This document shows, in pieces, positions 19,851 to 30,398 of a stretch of DNA of 64,000 bases. The stretch is from contig CALSSJ010000022.1 in assembly GCA_943788985.1 (NCBI GenBank), positions 32,001-96,000 of the forward strand, in the 5' to 3' direction. The notes below the pieces were generated by a model. The model searched no databases and was not told the origin of the DNA. It saw nothing but the letters and a program-made list of their open reading frames with translations. A program made the position numbers and the translations under genes. Source of the DNA: an uncultured Lentisphaerales bacterium (lineage in GTDB: Bacteria > Verrucomicrobiota > Lentisphaeria > JABSQK01 > UBA12247). Each line of letters starts with the position of its first letter. Position 1 is the stretch's first letter.

Positions 19851-20702
19851 ATGTACATCAGTGAGCATTCGTTCTCTGATTTCTTTTCTCCGGACCTGGT
19901 CAAGGCCATGGCCAGCGAGTGCAGTTCGATTATTCCGGAGCCGGATACGATTCTGTTCGAGGAGGAAGATGCACCGGACCTAATGTATCTGGTGCTTGAG
20001 GGCCGCGTGCTGTTGTCCAAGCAAACGATCCAGGGGCATCATGTCGCAATCGCGACTGTGGAGGGACACGACTATTTTGGGGAGTTTGGCGTGGTCGATG
20101 ATCTGGTGCGGAGCGCGCGGGCCATTACGGATGGCTACTTGGAGATGGCGACGATTCCAGTGGATTTGGCGCGGCGCTACATCCAGCTGGCGCCCGGTAG
20201 CGCCTTGCTGGGGATGACCACTGAATTGCAAGATTACGCGAAGGGGCAGAACACCTGTGTGCTGACCCCGATCGATCCGGCGGACGTGGTGGAATCTGTG
20301 TGGATTGCCAATCGCACCTATCTGGAGAATCGGGATATCGGGCTGATTATCGACGCCGAGCCGTGCAAAATACGTGGTGATGCCACCGAGTTGGAACGTA
20401 TGATCCAGAATTCACTGAACAATTCGGCGGAGGCGTTGGCCAGTGGCGGGGAGATCGAAGTCTCATGCGGTGGCGATGACGCTGGGGGGACTGTGACCTT
20501 ACGGGTGGCGGATAATGGCCCGAGGATTCCAGAGTCCATCGGGGAGGCGCTGTTTGAGCCATTTGTGACGGAAGGGAAGCGGCCGGGCACCGGGCTGGGA
20601 ATGGCGATTGCGAAGTCCGCAGTCGAAGCCCACGGCGGATCCATCGTGCTGGAAGACACGTCAAGTGGGGCGTCGTTTCGGATCGAACTGGCTGCTCTTT
20701 AG
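19851..20702 (+). CDS. Cyclic-nucleotide-binding domain plus histidine-kinase-type ATPase domain, lacking an H-box
   Basis: LFEEED..D.MYLVLEGRV, FGEFG...RSA.A; N-box NSLNNSAEAL, DNG, LFEPFVT, GTGLGMAIAK. Confidence 0.8.
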   Translation: MYISEHSFSDFFSPDLVKAMASECSSIIPEPDTILFEEEDAPDLMYLVLEGRVLLSKQTIQGHHVAIATVEGHDYFGEFGVVDDLVRSARAITDGYLEMATIPVDLARRYIQLAPGSALLGMTTELQDYAKGQNTCVLTPIDPADVVESVWIANRTYLENRDIGLIIDAEPCKIRGDATELERMIQNSLNNSAEALASGGEIEVSCGGDDAGGTVTLRVADNGPRIPESIGEALFEPFVTEGKRPGTGLGMAIAKSAVEAHGGSIVLEDTSSGASFRIELAAL

Positions 20703-20721
20703 GGACGGGGTCGTGGCGCAC

Positions 20722-21651
20722 ATGCATTCGGCAGATTTGCTGACCGTAAGTCCGAACTCCGGCTGGCAGGTTACGCTAGAGTTTCCCTCGTTGACGCTGG
20801 GCGGTGTGAATCGCGCTTGCGCCCGTACTGAGCGGCCCGGTGGCAAGGGTTCTCATTTTGCGATGGCGGCGAATACGCTAAAGCCAGGCTCAACTGCTGT
20901 GGCGCACTGCCTTGGGGGAGAGCCGGGACGCCGGGTGCGTGTGGCACTGGACGCGTTGCGGACTCCGCAAATTGTGGGGGCGATTGCGGAGCGAACGCGC
21001 ATCTGCACCACCTTGGTAAATGTGCAGAAGGGCGAGGCGACGGAGCTTCTCGAGCCTTCGCCAGTAGTGACCGTGGCGGAGGCTGAGCGGTTTGAGGCAG
21101 CAGTGCGCGAAGCGGCCGTAAGGATGCGCGGGCTTGCCTTCTGCGGCACATTGCCGGAGGGCCTTCCTCATGATTTTTATGCGCGAGTTGCGAATTTCGC
21201 AAAGCCTGATACCTGGGTTTTGCTTGATGGCTGTCGGAAGGTGGAGGATTTGCTGGAGACAGGGCAGGTGAGGATTCTGAAGGTCAATGAGGAAGAGTTG
21301 TCTGAACTCTGTGGGACAGCTGATTTGCGTAAGGCCGCGGACCTGTGCCTCGAGCGCTGGGGGATCGAGTGGGTAGGGGTGACGGCTGGGCCGGAACAGG
21401 CTTGGTTGATCGGCCAGAACGATACGTTTTCATTCAAAATTCCGCCTGTCCAGGCTCGCAATCCGATTGGTGCAGGCGATACTGTGGCTGGGGTGATGAT
21501 GCGCTTTCTACTGGATGGGGGTGCTCCTGAGCGGGCGTTTCGATATGGCTTGGCCGCGGCATCCGCATCGTGTGAATCGTTGACTGGCGCTGAGTTTTCT
21601 CCACTGCGGATGGAGGTGCTTGCAGCGAATGTGGAGGTAAAGAAGCAATGA
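20722..21651 (+). CDS. PfkB-family (1-phosphofructokinase-like) carbohydrate kinase
   Basis: VSPN, PGGKG, ILKVNEEEL, NPIGAGD. Confidence 0.88.
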   Translation: MHSADLLTVSPNSGWQVTLEFPSLTLGGVNRACARTERPGGKGSHFAMAANTLKPGSTAVAHCLGGEPGRRVRVALDALRTPQIVGAIAERTRICTTLVNVQKGEATELLEPSPVVTVAEAERFEAAVREAAVRMRGLAFCGTLPEGLPHDFYARVANFAKPDTWVLLDGCRKVEDLLETGQVRILKVNEEELSELCGTADLRKAADLCLERWGIEWVGVTAGPEQAWLIGQNDTFSFKIPPVQARNPIGAGDTVAGVMMRFLLDGGAPERAFRYGLAAASASCESLTGAEFSPLRMEVLAANVEVKKQ

Positions 21652-22646
21652 GCGAAGATCTAGGCAAGGTGCGTTTGCACACAAACTTGCGTTTTATCCG
21701 GGAGATTGCCGCGGGGGCGATGGGGACGGTTTTTGAGGCAGAGGACAGCGGTGCGGAGGGGTTTACCAAGCGCGTCGCGGTCAAGCGTCTGCATCCGGAA
21801 CTCAGCAAGAAGCGGCCGTTTGTGGAGATGTTTATCCAGGAAGCCAAGCTGGTCGCGGACTTGGTGCATGAGAATATCGTCCAGATCTACCAGCTTATTT
21901 CCGCGGGTGGAAAGCACTACATCCTAATGGAGTATGTGCATGGGATGCCGCTGTCGCACATGTGTCGGGTATTGAATGCGACCGGTCAGCGCGTGCCAAA
22001 TAACCTGGCAATTTTTATTGCGGCTCGTATTGCCCGTGGGCTCTCGTATGCGCATTCGCGGCGAGACAACGAGGGCCGGCCGCTGCAGGTGGTGCACCGG
22101 GATATCTGTCCGCACAACGTGCTGATTAATACGGAAGGCCAGCCCAAGATCACAGACTTTGGGATTGCCCTAGCTGCAAATCGCGCGACGACGCTCGACG
22201 ATGGTGCGGTCTGCGGCAAGGGGCCATACATGTCTCCAGAGCAGGCTGCCGTGCGGGAGGTGGACTTTCGCACTGATATCTTCGCGCTCGGGACAGTGTT
22301 GTTTCAGCTGCTCTCCGGCACGCCCGTGCGCCAGGCGACGACGATGACGCAGGCGATTGCGATGGCCCGGGCTACGGTGATCGATTGGGATGCATTGCCG
22401 GCTGACCTGCCGGACGATCAGATGGCGATCCTGCGCAGAGCGCTGGCGGCAGACAGGAACGATCGGTTCGAGTCTGCGGATGTGTTTGGGAAAGCCCTCG
22501 AGTACGAGATTTACAAGGGAGGCTATGGGCCGACGATTCAGACCCTTGAGGAGTATCTGCGCGCGGAGTTCCCCTACCTATACACTAACGAACGGCCCAT
22601 CTCCGAACGACTCGGTGAAATCGAGCGGACGCTCATCACGACCTGA
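21648..22646 (+). CDS. Soluble Ser/Thr protein kinase
   Basis: GAMGTV, VAVK, HENIVQ, HRDICPHN, DFG, YMSPEQ, DIFALG; ATGA overlap with the upstream gene. Confidence 0.93.
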   Translation: MSEDLGKVRLHTNLRFIREIAAGAMGTVFEAEDSGAEGFTKRVAVKRLHPELSKKRPFVEMFIQEAKLVADLVHENIVQIYQLISAGGKHYILMEYVHGMPLSHMCRVLNATGQRVPNNLAIFIAARIARGLSYAHSRRDNEGRPLQVVHRDICPHNVLINTEGQPKITDFGIALAANRATTLDDGAVCGKGPYMSPEQAAVREVDFRTDIFALGTVLFQLLSGTPVRQATTMTQAIAMARATVIDWDALPADLPDDQMAILRRALAADRNDRFESADVFGKALEYEIYKGGYGPTIQTLEEYLRAEFPYLYTNERPISERLGEIERTLITT

Positions 22647-22670
22647 TTCGTATGGCGCCCGCGCTGCGTG

Positions 22671-24314
22671 TCACTCGCCTGCGAACTGGCAGAGGCGGTC
22701 GATGTCTGCTTGCCCACGATGCTTTTTCAGTTCTGGCCTCTCGGCGAGTGAGTGGGCTGCGGCTAGCGAGCTGGAGAGCTGCCAGCGGGTCCAGGCTGGC
22801 GCGCTCTTTGGGAGCTGCGCCAGATCTTGACTGATGATGGCGGCGATCCCGTGGCGAACGATTTCGGCTTGCGGGTCTCCTGCGGGGGCGTAATCCAGCA
22901 AACGAGCCAAGTGGGGAATCGCAGCAGGGCTGAGGTTTTTGAGGCAAAGGGGGCGCAAGGCGCGTCGCCGTCGCTCGGCGTCCTCGGGATCGGAATCTGT
23001 AACTGCCAGTACGCGGCTGACGTTGAACTGGGTGCATACGACATCCAGCGGCGTGATGGCCAGCAGGGTAAGCGCCACCAGAAAGGCGCGCAGATCCATG
23101 CGCACGAGCCAGAGAAACGAACGTCGCTGGGCTAACTTCCAGACCATGAGTCCTAGGCCGCTGATGACCAAAGCCACGCCGTATATGCCAGTCACACGCA
23201 GGTGGGTGAGCCCACTGAAGTCTACATACATCACAATGCGGACGAGTGCGCTGGCAGCGAGGATGACGTTCTGAGCAGCCCAGAGGAAGGCAAGCTTGCG
23301 GAGCAACCTGGCCCTAGGATGGAAGTTCAGGCCACCTTGAAAGGCAATCCCGATCACGACGGCGCTGAGCAAGAGTGCGCCGGTTAGCCAAGCACAGCCG
23401 CTGTGGGTGTACTGTGTCCAGCTGATTCCTTCCGGGAGGCTGCCATCAAGATAAAGGTGGTGACCGTCCAAGATGTTGTAGAGCAGAAACAGAATGTTCA
23501 CACTGATGAAGGTGGCGCGAGATACGGCGAACCCATCGCCAGCTTCCGCCTTCTCCTCAGCAACGGGGCGTAGGTTTTGGGACCAGCTTGCAAGCTGGTC
23601 TATGAGCTGGAGTTTCGCCAATGGGCGGACCAAAGCGGCCATGACTGCGGCCCAAAACAGCCAGTGAACAGGACGGGCGGGCTGGAATCCTTCGAGAAAG
23701 AGCTCGAAGACATCGCCGATCCAGCCAGTGGCACTGTCGAAAATCGTGCCCACGACTGGGTTGGCTGCGCTGAAAATCCAGGCAAATACGCAGGTTACCA
23801 CGACGGGGATAATAGCGATGCGCAGCACGTTGGCGAGGGCCACGCCGCGGGAGATCGGCGCCAAACGAGCTGCCGAGATGACGTGGGCCAGCAGCCGGAA
23901 CGGCGCGAGTGCGAGACAGGCAGGCAGCGCCGCTATGGCCTCGGTGATGCGCCAGTTTCGGGCCTCTAGCTTGCAGGCGTAGAAGCCGATGAAAACGAAC
24001 GCGAGCGTTGCCTGTAGCCACCAAAAGTTCCAGAGTGCCATCACGGCGATGGCGAGGCAGGCACCGCCGTACAGGATTGAGCCGGTAACCCAGCGCTGGC
24101 GGGCGATTGGCAGACAGATCACGGTTCCAGCGATCAGTGCCGCGAATCCGGCACCACCGGGTGCCGTCCACAGACAAAAGTCGGCGAGCAGTGCCAGGAA
24201 GACAACAGCTAGGGTCTCACGGGCTGGAATCTTTGCGCCAAGAATGGCGACCTGAATCCAACCACAGCCGCCCTGCTCGTTTTCTGGCTCTTTAATTTCT
24301 GGTGGAATGTCCAT
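22671..24314 (-). CDS. Polytopic membrane protein, DUF4173/DUF4153-like
   Basis: Many TM helices; F..IF.AANP, QYTHSG..WL, R..MYV...GLT.LR, ..FNV pattern. Confidence 0.7.
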   Translation of the reverse strand: MDIPPEIKEPENEQGGCGWIQVAILGAKIPARETLAVVFLALLADFCLWTAPGGAGFAALIAGTVICLPIARQRWVTGSILYGGACLAIAVMALWNFWWLQATLAFVFIGFYACKLEARNWRITEAIAALPACLALAPFRLLAHVISAARLAPISRGVALANVLRIAIIPVVVTCVFAWIFSAANPVVGTIFDSATGWIGDVFELFLEGFQPARPVHWLFWAAVMAALVRPLAKLQLIDQLASWSQNLRPVAEEKAEAGDGFAVSRATFISVNILFLLYNILDGHHLYLDGSLPEGISWTQYTHSGCAWLTGALLLSAVVIGIAFQGGLNFHPRARLLRKLAFLWAAQNVILAASALVRIVMYVDFSGLTHLRVTGIYGVALVISGLGLMVWKLAQRRSFLWLVRMDLRAFLVALTLLAITPLDVVCTQFNVSRVLAVTDSDPEDAERRRRALRPLCLKNLSPAAIPHLARLLDYAPAGDPQAEIVRHGIAAIISQDLAQLPKSAPAWTRWQLSSSLAAAHSLAERPELKKHRGQADIDRLCQFAGE

Positions 24315-24463
24315 GTCGTGCGCCCCCGTTTTGATTCAATACCAGACAATATGAACGGCAAACATGGCCAGACTGTGAATCGTAGGTGAATAAGAAATGA
24401 AACGTTTGTGAAATCGTGCCAGCCTGTGGTCAAAAACTTTGGGGAGGGATCGGTCGGTTTCTT

Positions 24464-24491
24464 TTGACTTGCTTGCGGGTTGCCCGAGAAT
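24464..24491 (+). promoter_or_regulatory. Possible sigma-70 promoter for the GT2 gene
   Basis: TTGACT-16 bp-GAGAAT in the divergent intergenic region. Confidence 0.35.
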
Positions 24492-24525
24492 GGACGGCCG
24501 TCTGCCCGCTCTGAACGAGGATCGC

Positions 24526-26031
24526 ATGTCTATCGTCCCAATGATCGTATTCGCTGTGTATTGCTTGGCTTCTATGGGCCTACTCTTCTATGCGATCAAC
24601 TGCTATGTCATGCTGGTGCTGTTCGCCCGGCGCCGTGAGAGTGCGGAGGCAGCGGCAGCGGCCTGTCTTGATGCTTGCGCCGACCTGCCAGACGAGCAGT
24701 GGCCGCAGGTCACGACGCAGCTGCCGCTCTTTAATGAGCGAAATGTGGCTGAACGGGTGATTCGTGCGGCTGCAGCGATGAACTATCCGTCTGACCGACA
24801 CGAGATTCAGGTGCTGGACGATTCGGATGACCAAACGTGCGCGCTGGTGGACGCCGTCGTCGCGGAACTGGCGGCATCCGGGCACGATATCAAAGTCCTG
24901 CGGCGGGATAATCGGACCGGTTTTAAGGCAGGTGCGCTGGCGGCGGGGACGGCGGTGGCCAAGGGCGAGTATTTGGCAATTTTTGATGCAGATTTCATCC
25001 CGCATGTGGAGTTTCTGCGCCGAGCCATGCCAGAGTTTCTGGCAGATCATGAAGTGGGACTGGTTCAGGCGCGTTGGGGGCATATCAACCGTCAGAGCTC
25101 GCTGCTCACGCGTATTCAGGCCATTGGGATCGACGGGCACTTTATGGTCGAGCAGCCCGCGCGCGCTTGGAACGGCCTGTATATGAATTTCAACGGCACG
25201 GCGGGGGTCTGGCGCAAGCAGGCAATCGCGGACGCCGGAGGCTGGGAGTGGGACACGCTGACGGAAGATATGGACCTGAGCTATCGGATGCAGTTCGCTG
25301 GCTGGAAGACTCGCTACCAGTTGTTCAATGTGGCACCGGCTGAACTTCCTGAGAATATTCTGGCCTTTAAATCGCAGCAGTTCCGCTGGGCCAAAGGCTC
25401 GATCCAGACTGCGCGCAAGTTACTGCCGCGGGTTTTTCGCGCTCCTACGCCGCTGTTCACCAAGTTGCAGGCAGTGCTGCACTTGACGCACTACTGCATT
25501 CACCCGCTGATGTTGACCTTGGCCTTTCTGGCGCTGCCGGTGATGCTGACGACGCGGGTGGTGCTTTCGCCGACGGTATACGGGGTGGTAGGCGTTTTGC
25601 TGTTATTCTCGATGACGGCGCCCTCGACGCTGTATGTGGGAAGTCAGCGCGCCGCTTACGCTGACTGGCTGAGCCGGATCCGGCATTTACCGTTCTTGGT
25701 CTGCATGGGCGTGGGGCTGGCGGTGTCGAATACGCTGGCCGTGTTGGAGGCGCTGTGCGGCATGGAGAGCGGGTTTGTGCGGACCCCAAAACAGGGGGAC
25801 TCGGACGAGGCGGCTTACCGGATCCCGCTGTCTCCTGTTGTGCTGATTGAACTGCTGATGGGGGTCTACTGCTCCGTTTCGTTCTCGACCTATATTCTGG
25901 TCGGGCAGTACTGGGTGGGGCCGTTTCTTGCAATCTACGCAGCGGGCTTTCTGGCGGTTGGCCTGCTGAGCCTTGCGCATTGTTTTGGCTTGGGAATGCG
26001 CCAGCCCAGGCTGCAGGTCTGCACTGACTGA
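24526..26031 (+). CDS. Membrane GT2 of the cellulose-synthase-like superfamily
   Basis: QLPLFNE, QVLDDSDD, GFKAGAL, FDADF, FNGTAG, TEDMDLSYR, QQFRWAKG (D,D,D,QxxRW); TM helices at both ends. Confidence 0.92.
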   Translation: MSIVPMIVFAVYCLASMGLLFYAINCYVMLVLFARRRESAEAAAAACLDACADLPDEQWPQVTTQLPLFNERNVAERVIRAAAAMNYPSDRHEIQVLDDSDDQTCALVDAVVAELAASGHDIKVLRRDNRTGFKAGALAAGTAVAKGEYLAIFDADFIPHVEFLRRAMPEFLADHEVGLVQARWGHINRQSSLLTRIQAIGIDGHFMVEQPARAWNGLYMNFNGTAGVWRKQAIADAGGWEWDTLTEDMDLSYRMQFAGWKTRYQLFNVAPAELPENILAFKSQQFRWAKGSIQTARKLLPRVFRAPTPLFTKLQAVLHLTHYCIHPLMLTLAFLALPVMLTTRVVLSPTVYGVVGVLLLFSMTAPSTLYVGSQRAAYADWLSRIRHLPFLVCMGVGLAVSNTLAVLEALCGMESGFVRTPKQGDSDEAAYRIPLSPVVLIELLMGVYCSVSFSTYILVGQYWVGPFLAIYAAGFLAVGLLSLAHCFGLGMRQPRLQVCTD

Positions 26032-26169
26032 GCAGCAAGACGAATGGGCGCTTGACGCACACGGGTTATCGTCGACAGTATGCGCTTGACGAACTCGAAA
26101 GAGAATACCACTTCCAAATGCTGGTAAGATCGGTGCGAAATTTATATCTGGGGCTAGCTGCGGGTACAC

Positions 26170-28059
26170 GTGCAGTATAGCGAGCGACCATGCCCTAGGC
26201 TGTGGGCGCTGTGGATCCTTGGGTTGGCGGTGCCTGTTCTGCTCTTGCTCAGCGGACAGCCCAGTGTATCCGAGCACGAAGCGAAGCTGGCGGTGCGGGC
26301 TGCGGTTCTGCTTGACCATGGCATTTGGGGGAACGACGCGATTCTTGGCCAGGAATCAGCAGGGGTCTGGCTCCAAGACTGGTTGACGGCGGGCGTGGCT
26401 GCACGCTTTGGCTTTAGCGAATTCGGCGTGCGCTTGCCGCAGACGTTGCTGATTTTGCTTTTGGCTGCGATCTGCGCCTGGGGAAGTGGCAAGGTCGCAG
26501 GCATTCAGGCGGGGGCCGTGTCCGCGGCAGCAGCTGTCAGCAGCGGCTATTCATTTCTGTTGATCGATCGTGCTGGCAACGAACTGCTGGCGTGTGTCTT
26601 GCTGAGCTTTGCCTGGCTCTGTTGGTTTCGGTTCAGTCGAGAGAAGAAGCGCTGGAATTATGCCTGGCTGGTGGCGCATACATGCGTGTTATTTGCGATC
26701 TTCGCAATCGGTCCACTTGCCTTGGTGATGTTCTATGTCCCGCTGATTTTTCTGCGGCGCCCGCTGAAGATTCGCCGGCGGCTCGGGCAGGCGGATCACT
26801 TTGTCAGCCTGCTGGCTCTGATTGGCTTTGTCTTGCTCTGGATTTTCGGGCACACCTCGGCGGATACCACGCTGGACGCGATCGGAGATACCTTGGAGTG
26901 GCGATTCGGGTTCTGGCGGAGCCTGGCCCATCTGGCCGCAATGCCGCTGGTGGCGGCAATCGGATTTTTGCCGTGGAGCTTTCTGGTCTGGCCCGGCTTT
27001 TGCCATGCTTTTCGGCGCTTGGAGCAGGAGGCGGTCTTCGGTGCATTGCTTCGGACTCTCATTCTGGCAACGGCTGCGCTCGGCTGGCTGTTCCCCACGC
27101 GGGGCATGACCCTGGCCCCCGCGCTTGGGCCGCTCTGTATGTTGGTCGGGCTGAATTATGAGATGCTGGTGCGGCGCCATGGCAAGCAACTGCTGCTGAT
27201 CCCACGGGTACTCGCCGTGGCTCAGGTCCCGCTTATTGGTGCGGTGCTGGTCGCGAGTTTGGTGCATGAGCCGCCCGTGGTGCCGCGGAGTGGGCTTGAG
27301 ATGTTGACGAGCGCGACCGCTGTCATCGGCAGCCTGCTGCTGGCCGCTGCTATCCACCGGCGCAAGGTGGTCGGCCCGATCTGGCTGCATGTGTTGATCG
27401 GCGTGGTGGCGCTGAAGCTGGCGTGGTGCGGGAGTATGCAAATTTATCGCGGCCACACCGGAAGCGAGGCCCGAGCTCAAGGGCTAGTCTGGCGCAGTCA
27501 CGTGCCAGAAGGCGAGCCGGTGCATTGGCTGCTGAAGCCGGGCCGGTTCCCGGTGGAGACATACTACCTGCGCCGTGAATGCCGATTCGTAGGGGCTGAG
27601 CGGGTGTTGCCGCGCACCGGCAACAAGGTCTTCGCGCTGGCGCGTGAGCAGCCGGTGACGCCAGGGCGCAACTGGCAGGTCGCGGTGGCCGGAGATGACC
27701 ACCGGCCCACTCTCTGGCAGGGGCAGCTTGAACTCTTCAAGATCCGACCACCAATGCCACTAGTGGGGCGTGATGCAGGCGGAACTATGCAGGTGGCGAC
27801 TCAGTTTGAGCTGGTCAATCAACAGCAGCATACCTTGCACATCACAGCGCTGGAGCCTGAAGGCGCTGCGGTGTTCGCAACCGGCGTGCTACCAGCAACC
27901 ATCGAGCCAGGTAAGGCCGTGCTATTTACCTTGAGAATGAACAAGGAGCGGACCGAGTCGCAGCCTGGCAGGCATGCGGTACGAGTCATGCTGTCCGTAG
28001 ATGGCGAGGAAATGCAGCGCTTGATTCATGTCCAGTTGCACTCGCCAAACGTTGAGTAG
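26170..28059 (+). CDS. ArnT/PMT-like (GT-C) membrane protein, divergent, with a C-terminal beta-rich domain
   Basis: Many TM segments; WL....A.FG.SEFGVRLP and FLPWS motifs. Confidence 0.65.
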   Translation: MQYSERPCPRLWALWILGLAVPVLLLLSGQPSVSEHEAKLAVRAAVLLDHGIWGNDAILGQESAGVWLQDWLTAGVAARFGFSEFGVRLPQTLLILLLAAICAWGSGKVAGIQAGAVSAAAAVSSGYSFLLIDRAGNELLACVLLSFAWLCWFRFSREKKRWNYAWLVAHTCVLFAIFAIGPLALVMFYVPLIFLRRPLKIRRRLGQADHFVSLLALIGFVLLWIFGHTSADTTLDAIGDTLEWRFGFWRSLAHLAAMPLVAAIGFLPWSFLVWPGFCHAFRRLEQEAVFGALLRTLILATAALGWLFPTRGMTLAPALGPLCMLVGLNYEMLVRRHGKQLLLIPRVLAVAQVPLIGAVLVASLVHEPPVVPRSGLEMLTSATAVIGSLLLAAAIHRRKVVGPIWLHVLIGVVALKLAWCGSMQIYRGHTGSEARAQGLVWRSHVPEGEPVHWLLKPGRFPVETYYLRRECRFVGAERVLPRTGNKVFALAREQPVTPGRNWQVAVAGDDHRPTLWQGQLELFKIRPPMPLVGRDAGGTMQVATQFELVNQQQHTLHITALEPEGAAVFATGVLPATIEPGKAVLFTLRMNKERTESQPGRHAVRVMLSVDGEEMQRLIHVQLHSPNVE

Positions 28060-28096
28060 TCAGCGCGCCCCGTAGTAGAGTGGCGGTTTTTGGGAT

Positions 28097-29161
28097 GTGA
28101 CTATGGACGCACCGTTTCTACTGGCCTGCCGAGGATTACCTGCGGCTCGCAAGCCCATCTGGTTGATGCGCCAGGCTGGCCGCTACATGGAGATCTATCG
28201 TGACCTTCGCAAGAAGCACACGATGCTGGAGTTGATTCATGCGCCAGAACTGGCCGCTGAAGTGACCATGCAGCCGATGGAGGCGTTCGACCTGGACGCG
28301 GCCATCATCTTCTCAGATATTCTGCCGCCGTTGCAGGCGATGGGACTCCCGCTTGATTTCCGCGTGGGGGAAGGACCACGAATTGACCGCCCGATCCGCT
28401 CTCATGCCGACATTGAGGCACTAGCAGAGCCGGATGCGGAAGAAATCGTGCCCGCGACGGTTGAGGCGATTCGTCTGGTGCGCCAGGTATTGCCCCGGGA
28501 CCGCGCGCTGATTGGCTTTGCCGGTGCGCCATTTACACTCGCCAGCTATGCGATCGAAGGTCAGTCCACCCGGCGATTCTTGAAGGTAAAGGGCCTCCTC
28601 CAGGAAAACCCGAAGCAATGGCACGAGTTGATGGGCAAGTTCTCGCGCGTGGTGTCTGGCTACTTGATCGCCCAGATTCGTGCGGGCGCCGATGCCGTGC
28701 AACTGTTTGATTCCTGGGTCGGCGAGCTATCACCCGGGGATTTTCGTGATCACGTGCTGCCACATATTCAGCGCATTATTCGGTCGGTAAAAGAGGCGGC
28801 GCCGCACACGCCGGTGATTTACTTCGGAACCAATACCAGCGGCCTGCTCGGCATCTTGCCCGAGACCGGTGCCGATGTAATCGGCGTAGACTGGCGGATC
28901 GAGTTGGACGAGGCCTGGCGACGAGTTGGCGAGCACGTCACGCTGCAGGGAAACCTCGACCCACATACTTTGCTGGCGGGGCCGCAGGCGTGGCAGACCG
29001 CCACCCGGCGCATTCTAGATCTCACCCAGGACCGTCCCAATCACATTTTCAATTTGGGCCACGGGATCATGAAGGAAACCGACCCCGGCGCGGTACGAGA
29101 CTTGGTAGACTTTGTTCACGAGCATGGAACTCACGTGGAGACACACAATGGCACAGCTTAA
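28097..29161 (+). CDS. hemE: Uroporphyrinogen decarboxylase
   Basis: [47 protein letters not shown]. Confidence 0.97.
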   Translation: MTMDAPFLLACRGLPAARKPIWLMRQAGRYMEIYRDLRKKHTMLELIHAPELAAEVTMQPMEAFDLDAAIIFSDILPPLQAMGLPLDFRVGEGPRIDRPIRSHADIEALAEPDAEEIVPATVEAIRLVRQVLPRDRALIGFAGAPFTLASYAIEGQSTRRFLKVKGLLQENPKQWHELMGKFSRVVSGYLIAQIRAGADAVQLFDSWVGELSPGDFRDHVLPHIQRIIRSVKEAAPHTPVIYFGTNTSGLLGILPETGADVIGVDWRIELDEAWRRVGEHVTLQGNLDPHTLLAGPQAWQTATRRILDLTQDRPNHIFNLGHGIMKETDPGAVRDLVDFVHEHGTHVETHNGTA

Positions 29162-30395
29162 TGACCACTATTTGAAACTTACAGCAGGCTACTTATTTCC
29201 CGAGATTGGCCGCCGCGTCAACGCGTTCGCAGAGGCCAACCCGGATGCCCCGATCATTAAATTGGGAATCGGCGACGTCACAGAGCCATTGCCGCCGGCG
29301 ATCGTCGAGGCGATGCATACTGCTGTCGACGAAATGGCCACACTCAATGGCTTTCATGGCTATGGCCCAGAACAGGGCTACGGCTTTCTCCGCGAACTCA
29401 TTGCCGAACACGACTTCCGTGCGCGCGGCTGTGAGATTGAGCCAGATGAAATTTTCGTGTCCGACGGCAGTAAATGTGACACGGGAAATTTTCTGGACAT
29501 TCTCGGGCCAGGCAACACAATCGCGGTCGCCGACCCAGTTTATCCCGTCTATGTCGATACAAACGTGATGGTTGGCAACACAGGCTTTGCGAACTCCGCA
29601 GGCGAGTATGATGGATTGGTCTATTTGCGGTCCACCGTGGAAAACGCGTTCACGCCGGACTTGCCCGATCACCCCGTGGATATCATCTACCTATGCTATC
29701 CGAACAACCCGACAGGTGCCACTGCCAGTAAAGAGTACCTGCAGCGCTGGGTTGAGTTTGGGCACAAGCATGGTTCGCTCATTCTTTTTGATGCGGCCTA
29801 TCAGGCATTCATTCAGGATCCGGATATTCCCCGCTCCATCTACGAGATTGACGGCGCCCGCGATGTGGCTGTTGAGTTTCGCAGCTTTTCAAAGAATGCC
29901 GGATTTACCGGCACTCGTTGTGCCTTCACCGTCGTGCCAAAAACGGTCACTGGCCGGGCTAAGGATGGCAAGAAACATGCCTTGCATGGGCTGTGGAATC
30001 GCCGGCATTGCACAAAGTTTAACGGCGTCTCATACATCGTGCAGCGCGGTGCTGAAGCGGCGTACAGCGATGCTGGTAGGCAGCAGGTGCAGGCGCTGGT
30101 GGACTTCTACATGGTGAACGCAGCGATCATTCGTAAAAACCTTACGGAGCTTGGCTTGGCCGTGTACGGTGGTGAAAACGCGCCGTATGTCTGGTTGCAG
30201 GCACCCAATGGGATGAGTAGCTGGGATCTGTTCGACAAGCTACTGGACGAAACCCACGTGGTGGGTACACCGGGTAGTGGATTTGGCACTGCTGGCGAGG
30301 GCTTCTTTCGCCTGAGTTCGTTCAATACGAGGGCCAATGTCGAGGAAGCCATGAGGCGACTTCGCGAGAACCTGAGCCTGACTGAGTTGGCCTGA
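29148..30395 (+). CDS. dapL: LL-diaminopimelate aminotransferase
   Basis: [49 protein letters not shown]. Confidence 0.96.
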   Translation: MAQLNDHYLKLTAGYLFPEIGRRVNAFAEANPDAPIIKLGIGDVTEPLPPAIVEAMHTAVDEMATLNGFHGYGPEQGYGFLRELIAEHDFRARGCEIEPDEIFVSDGSKCDTGNFLDILGPGNTIAVADPVYPVYVDTNVMVGNTGFANSAGEYDGLVYLRSTVENAFTPDLPDHPVDIIYLCYPNNPTGATASKEYLQRWVEFGHKHGSLILFDAAYQAFIQDPDIPRSIYEIDGARDVAVEFRSFSKNAGFTGTRCAFTVVPKTVTGRAKDGKKHALHGLWNRRHCTKFNGVSYIVQRGAEAAYSDAGRQQVQALVDFYMVNAAIIRKNLTELGLAVYGGENAPYVWLQAPNGMSSWDLFDKLLDETHVVGTPGSGFGTAGEGFFRLSSFNTRANVEEAMRRLRENLSLTELA

Positions 30396-30398
30396 TCC

